A DNA stretch of 28,682 nt, from contig WBXG01000017.1 of NCBI GenBank assembly GCA_008932965.1, forward strand, positions 1 to 28,682, written 5' to 3'. The stretch is from Verrucomicrobiota bacterium (GTDB lineage Bacteria; Verrucomicrobiota; Verrucomicrobiia; Chthoniobacterales; UBA6821). The notes beneath the pieces are model-generated. The model saw only the letters and a program-made list of their open reading frames with translations. It did no database searches and was not told the DNA's origin. The position numbers were made by a program, and so were the translations under genes. Each line of letters begins with the position of its first letter. Within the stretch, counting starts at the first letter, position 1. Positions 24,980-28,682 of this stretch are shown here, piece by piece.

Positions 24980-26635
24980 TTATTCCTTCTTATTTCTTTT
25001 GAATAAGAAAATCAGAATGCTTCCAAGTAGTACTACTAAACATCCCTGTGCAAAAAGATCCCCATGCCTTGAATAAAAAGTGGGTGAGGGGTAGGAGGGG
25101 AGGTTCCACGGGGCTGCCATGATTCCCTCGAAAAAAGTACTACCATGATCATCTTCAAGTTGATGGGTAATCCGCCCAAAGCGGTCGATGAGACAAGTCA
25201 CTCCAGTATTGGCAACGCGTAGCATTGGGAGTTTTGTCTCCACACAACGAAAGAGAGCATTGGTGACATGCTGTTTGGAAGCAGCTGAATGTCCAAACCA
25301 TCCATCATTGGTCAATGTGATGAGGCCTTGTGCTCCAAGTAGTGCAAATTGTCTTACAAGGTCACCAAGTGTATCTTCAAAGCAGAGTAGGGGAGCTACT
25401 TTTATTTTCTGATGAGAGAGTGAGAGGAGCTTTGGGCCTGGACCTGCATCGAAGTCACCTAAAATACGATTTCCAATGATCCATTGAAAAAGGGGGAAGC
25501 TCTGACGACACGGAATGTATTCGCCAAAAGGGAGAAGATGCGTTTTGGCATAATATTGGATTTCTGAAATACCTGGAATAGGTTTTGCATTAAGTAAAAC
25601 GGCAGCATTGTAATCCCGTTGAGGCTCCTCTTCAAAATGCAATGAACCGATAAGAAAATCGGCAGAACCTTGTTTTAAGAGCTGTTTGACTTGAGAAAAA
25701 GTTTTCTGATCACCTAGGAGAGGTCGAGGGGTTGCCGCCTCAGGCCACACAATCAAATCGGGATGGAGAGCGAGAGCCGTTTGGGATTCACGGTAATAGG
25801 TGTTCATGATTGTCTCTTCAAAAGCACGATTCCATTTATGATCTTGTGGAATATTTCCTTGAATAGCCACGATGGAGAGCACTTTCTTAAGCGGTGCTGG
25901 AGCAACCATTTCACGCAGTCCATAAATCATGACTGCGAGAATCAAGAAAAGTATTGATAGGATATCGCCATGAAATCTTAGGCAAAGCGGCATGGTGATT
26001 TTTTTTTGTTTTGATTCCTCCACAAAGCGCTTAATTGCGAGAGCAAGACAGCAAGAGGTCATCACACCGAGAAAAGAGAGCCCAGCAACGCCAGTAATAT
26101 CACTGATTTGAAGCAAAGGAATTGTATGATGAAAGGCTACTCCAAAAGAATTCCATCCAAAGCCAGTAAATAAAGTTCCCCGAAGCCATTCTAAGCCACT
26201 CCAGCTCGCAGCAGCTAATACGGAGATAAGAAGATTTTTAAGCGAAGAGAAGTTGTGATATCCAGAGCCTTCTAAAAAAAACCTGAGAATCATTCCAACA
26301 AAGACTCCCCAGAAACCCATATAGAGAGCTAAGTAAAAAGGGAGGGTGACTAATCCTTCCCAGGCCACAGTGGTAATCCATTCTAGCGTGAGAAGAAAAA
26401 AAATAGAGCCAGCAAAGAAACTGAGAAAAAAAGTGAAACTTAAACGCCTCAGAAAAGAAGCTGGAAGTGGCGAAAAGAAAAGGGCTGATATCAGTGGTAG
26501 AAAAGCGACAAAAGGGACCCATGCGAATACTTCACGATCATAAGGAGGGAAGGTGCAGCTCATGGCTATTCCCGTAACGAGTGCAAGAAACCAGGGCACT
26601 ACGTATTTTAGAGATACTCGGAAACAAATCCTCAT
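24980..26635 (-). CDS. lnt: Apolipoprotein N-acyltransferase.
   Basis: N-terminal multi-TM region followed by a CN-hydrolase domain with IVWPEAA and LLCFEDT (catalytic Glu and Cys contexts). 551 aa. Confidence 0.88.
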   Translation of the reverse strand: MRICFRVSLKYVVPWFLALVTGIAMSCTFPPYDREVFAWVPFVAFLPLISALFFSPLPASFLRRLSFTFFLSFFAGSIFFLLTLEWITTVAWEGLVTLPFYLALYMGFWGVFVGMILRFFLEGSGYHNFSSLKNLLISVLAAASWSGLEWLRGTLFTGFGWNSFGVAFHHTIPLLQISDITGVAGLSFLGVMTSCCLALAIKRFVEESKQKKITMPLCLRFHGDILSILFLILAVMIYGLREMVAPAPLKKVLSIVAIQGNIPQDHKWNRAFEETIMNTYYRESQTALALHPDLIVWPEAATPRPLLGDQKTFSQVKQLLKQGSADFLIGSLHFEEEPQRDYNAAVLLNAKPIPGISEIQYYAKTHLLPFGEYIPCRQSFPLFQWIIGNRILGDFDAGPGPKLLSLSHQKIKVAPLLCFEDTLGDLVRQFALLGAQGLITLTNDGWFGHSAASKQHVTNALFRCVETKLPMLRVANTGVTCLIDRFGRITHQLEDDHGSTFFEGIMAAPWNLPSYPSPTFYSRHGDLFAQGCLVVLLGSILIFLFKRNKKE

Positions 26636-26638
26636 GAG

Positions 26639-27076
26639 CTAGTGAATGGGGGGAATAGTCGTATCGATGGTCACCGTGCAATGGGTGCCGGGGATCCATG
26701 CATCTTGCTTTTCCGAATAAAGACCATTGTTTTTAGGAGTTCCAACGAAGAGCTGCAGTTTTACCAGGAGAAGAGATCTCCTTCCTAACATGGTTGGGTT
26801 CACCGAAATAACTTCTGCCTTGTATGGAAAGAGAGAGGCTTGCCCTTGAAACGTAATCTTAGCTATTTGATGAGGAGTAATTTTTTTTGCGAGTCGGTGA
26901 GGATAGAGTGCAGCGATGGTTCCCTCTTTACTAATAATCTGAGCCTCATGAGTGGAATAGACATGCTGCGCATAGATCCCAATTGTCATGCCTGCTCCAA
27001 TAATTCCGAAGATGAGAATGGATAACGCCAAATAAGAACCATTTTTCCAAAAGGAGGGAGAGGAAATACGTTGCAT
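26639..27076 (-). CDS. Hypothetical membrane-anchored protein.
   Basis: Single N-terminal TM (YLALSILIFGIIGAGMTIGIY) then a beta-rich soluble part. Only 3 nt separate it from lnt, suggesting co-transcription. No motif recognised. Confidence 0.5.
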   Translation of the reverse strand: MQRISSPSFWKNGSYLALSILIFGIIGAGMTIGIYAQHVYSTHEAQIISKEGTIAALYPHRLAKKITPHQIAKITFQGQASLFPYKAEVISVNPTMLGRRSLLLVKLQLFVGTPKNNGLYSEKQDAWIPGTHCTVTIDTTIPPIH

Positions 27077-27148
27077 GAAATAAGAAATAAAACTGGGGTC
27101 AAGATTCGTGATTGAGAAGTTTAAAAAAAAAGGTGATTCTTTGAAATC

Positions 27149-27856
27149 ATGAAATTGTCGTACTACCTTCTTTTTTTGGGATTCATGAGCGTTAGTTGTA
27201 ATGGAATCTGCAGCATTGAAAAAACCAATTCTATCTCACGCTCAGCAATAGAGGAGATGACGCAGTCAACCGCTCCACAAGAAAACAGTCCTTTCTTTAT
27301 TGAACGTGAGGAGGCACGTCAGGCTGCAGCAGAGGCTGCTACCAATTCGATTTATAGAAGTTCTCTGCTCGTCCCTCGGCATTCTATTCAAGAGGAGATG
27401 AAAAAATGGGCGAGTCAGTGTCTTAATGTAATCAAGATTATTCCTAATAAAACGATCCTTCCTTCATCACAAATCATTGTAGAACCAATTTTCTTCTCAT
27501 TAAGTGAGACTCCTCAATTACATGTTTCTTTTAAAGTAACCAATAACACTAAGAAGGTTCTCTTTCTTGATTTTTCAACGAATCAACGCCTTGAAATTCT
27601 TCTCAAAGAACAAAGTGGAATGGTGATCACTCGGTGGTCGGAAGATCGATCCTTTGATTCGATCGCTAGCGTTGTGATCATCAATCCCAAAGAAAGTGTC
27701 GTTTATACGGAAACAATTCCAACCCTCGGTATGAAAAAGGGGGTCCCCTACAACATTGAGGTCTCACTCGTGGGGCATCCCGAGTATACGCATACTCAAT
27801 CCATCACTTCTCAGGATAGTTCTGAGGATTTCTCTAATGCATCGTTGCATGAATAG
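27149..27856 (+). CDS. Putative lipoprotein of unknown function.
   Basis: Signal peptide with a lipobox-like FMSVSC. The rest is unrecognised (a possible BsuPI-like beta-sandwich is only a guess). Confidence 0.55.
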   Translation: MKLSYYLLFLGFMSVSCNGICSIEKTNSISRSAIEEMTQSTAPQENSPFFIEREEARQAAAEAATNSIYRSSLLVPRHSIQEEMKKWASQCLNVIKIIPNKTILPSSQIIVEPIFFSLSETPQLHVSFKVTNNTKKVLFLDFSTNQRLEILLKEQSGMVITRWSEDRSFDSIASVVIINPKESVVYTETIPTLGMKKGVPYNIEVSLVGHPEYTHTQSITSQDSSEDFSNASLHE

Positions 27857-27947
27857 AAAGGGTATGAGATGCATTTTTTAAATAAAAATATTGCCAAAAG
27901 ATGCACGAATCTCTACTTCTTGACTCCAATTAATCCAATTAACCACC

Positions 27948-28193
27948 ATGTCTGATACATCCATTGAAGAAAAAGTCCGTAATATTATCGTCGAACAACT
28001 CGGCGTCACTGCTGAACAAGTTACTCTAAACGCCTCGTTCATTGAAGATCTAGGAGCTGATTCACTCGACACTGTTGAGCTTGTCATGGCTTTCGAGGAA
28101 GAGTTCGGTGTTGAAGTTCCTGATGAAGATGCCGAGAAGCTTCAAAAAGTTGGTGATGTTGTGAAGTATATTGAAGAGCACAGTAAGGCATAA
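27948..28193 (+). CDS. acpP: Acyl carrier protein.
   Basis: 81 aa with the [20 protein letters not shown] phosphopantetheine attachment motif. Confidence 0.95.
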   Translation: MSDTSIEEKVRNIIVEQLGVTAEQVTLNASFIEDLGADSLDTVELVMAFEEEFGVEVPDEDAEKLQKVGDVVKYIEEHSKA

Positions 28194-28219
28194 TTTTTAC
28201 TTCATAAATAATTTCAAAG

Positions 28220-28254
28220 AATGCTGCTTCTCAATCGGGGCAGCATTTTTTTTG
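28220..28254 (+). terminator. Rho-independent terminator downstream of acpP.
   Basis: Stem AATGCTGC / GCAGCATT with a 12-nt loop, followed by a run of eight T. Confidence 0.8.
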
Positions 28255-28273
28255 TATTTTTATATAGAGCCGC

Positions 28274-28458
28274 TTAGGCATGATATTTCACACTCAATCT
28301 ATTACGGCTTGTGAAAAACTCTAGGGCTACTGTATTGGTCTTAAATGGTGATCCGGAAGGTAGGACTTTACTCCTATATCGTCAGGCTTCTTCACACACC
28401 TTGCCCCATGAGCCTTCGCGGCCTCCTCATCACGATGGGTAGGAAATATTTTGTTTAA
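28274..28458 (+). mobile_element. Hairpin element copy O (type 3, diverged), 185 bp, downstream of the acpP terminator.
   Basis: TTAGGCATGATATTTCACACTCAATCTATTACGGCTTGTGAAAAACTC...CCCCATGAGCCTTCGCGGCCTCCTCATCACGATGGGTAGGAAATATTTTGTTTAA. Confidence 0.85.
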
Positions 28459-28505
28459 ATTGTGCTTCCATTGGGAACTATATTGCTTATCTTTCAGTCC
28501 CCCTC

Positions 28506-28682
28506 ATGAAAATATCGTTTCCCCTATGTGCTACTGCTCTTCTTTGGATCAGTAGCCCATACCTCCTCTCACAAGCATCCCAAGCCTCACAAGGAGATCC
28601 CTCTCAAAAAGAGGTCATCACTTCCTATGAGTATCAGGCCTTCCTTAATGCAGCCTCTCTTCATGAAGAGCTAGCCCAGATA
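28506..28682 (+). CDS. Secreted protein, 3'-truncated by the window edge.
   Basis: ATG at 28506, signal-peptide-like MKISFPLCATALLWISSPYLLSQA, and the frame is open to the end of the window. EYQAFLNA is faintly reminiscent of FGE-sulfatase-domain proteins, but that is weak. Confidence 0.45.
   Translation, partial: MKISFPLCATALLWISSPYLLSQASQASQGDPSQKEVITSYEYQAFLNAASLHEELAQI

Noticed and set aside
1-28458. The dispersed repeats as a CRISPR array
   Set aside because: The repeats are ~184 bp, internally palindromic and kilobases apart, often inside genes. There is no series of short (24-48 bp) direct repeats separated by similar-sized unique spacers, and there are no cas genes.

Overview
Densely coding bacterial chromosomal window (roughly mid-40s %GC by eye; taxon not assignable from sequence alone). 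Almost all genes are housekeeping.

Gene content, in order:
- 3' part of a long-form ispG.
- A minus-strand envelope/lipid block: 3D-domain lipoprotein, acyl desaturase, MGDG-synthase-family glycosyltransferase, CFA synthase.
- GT4 and GT2 glycosyltransferases.
- A minus-strand aromatic amino-acid operon: aroB-aroC-tyrA-chorismate mutase.
- An M42 peptidase.
- purS-purQ-purL-ispE.
- A DEDDh exonuclease, DAHP synthase and yajQ.
- An envelope cluster: methyltransferase, GT8-like protein, SGNH-like protein, MBOAT, lnt.
- acpP with a clear terminator.

No rRNA, tRNA, CRISPR array or transposase gene was seen.

The stand-out signal is a very dense family of ~184-bp hairpin elements. There are about 18 copies or fragments, ~2.2 kb by hand count.
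- They have ~25-nt terminal inverted repeats (TTAACCCGGATATTTCATACTGATC ... GATCAGTATGAAATATCCGGGTTAA) and TA/TTAA at both junctions.
- The net insertion length is exactly 180 bp (60 codons) in six of eight complete copies.
- The reading frame is open in both orientations in the TTA-codon phase.
- Two copies sit in frame inside aroB. A third runs in frame into ispG.
- Many others sit exactly on or next to stop codons, in one case regenerating the stops of two convergent genes.

This behaviour resembles Rickettsia RPEs or Neisseria Correia elements, but I do not recognise the sequence as a named family.
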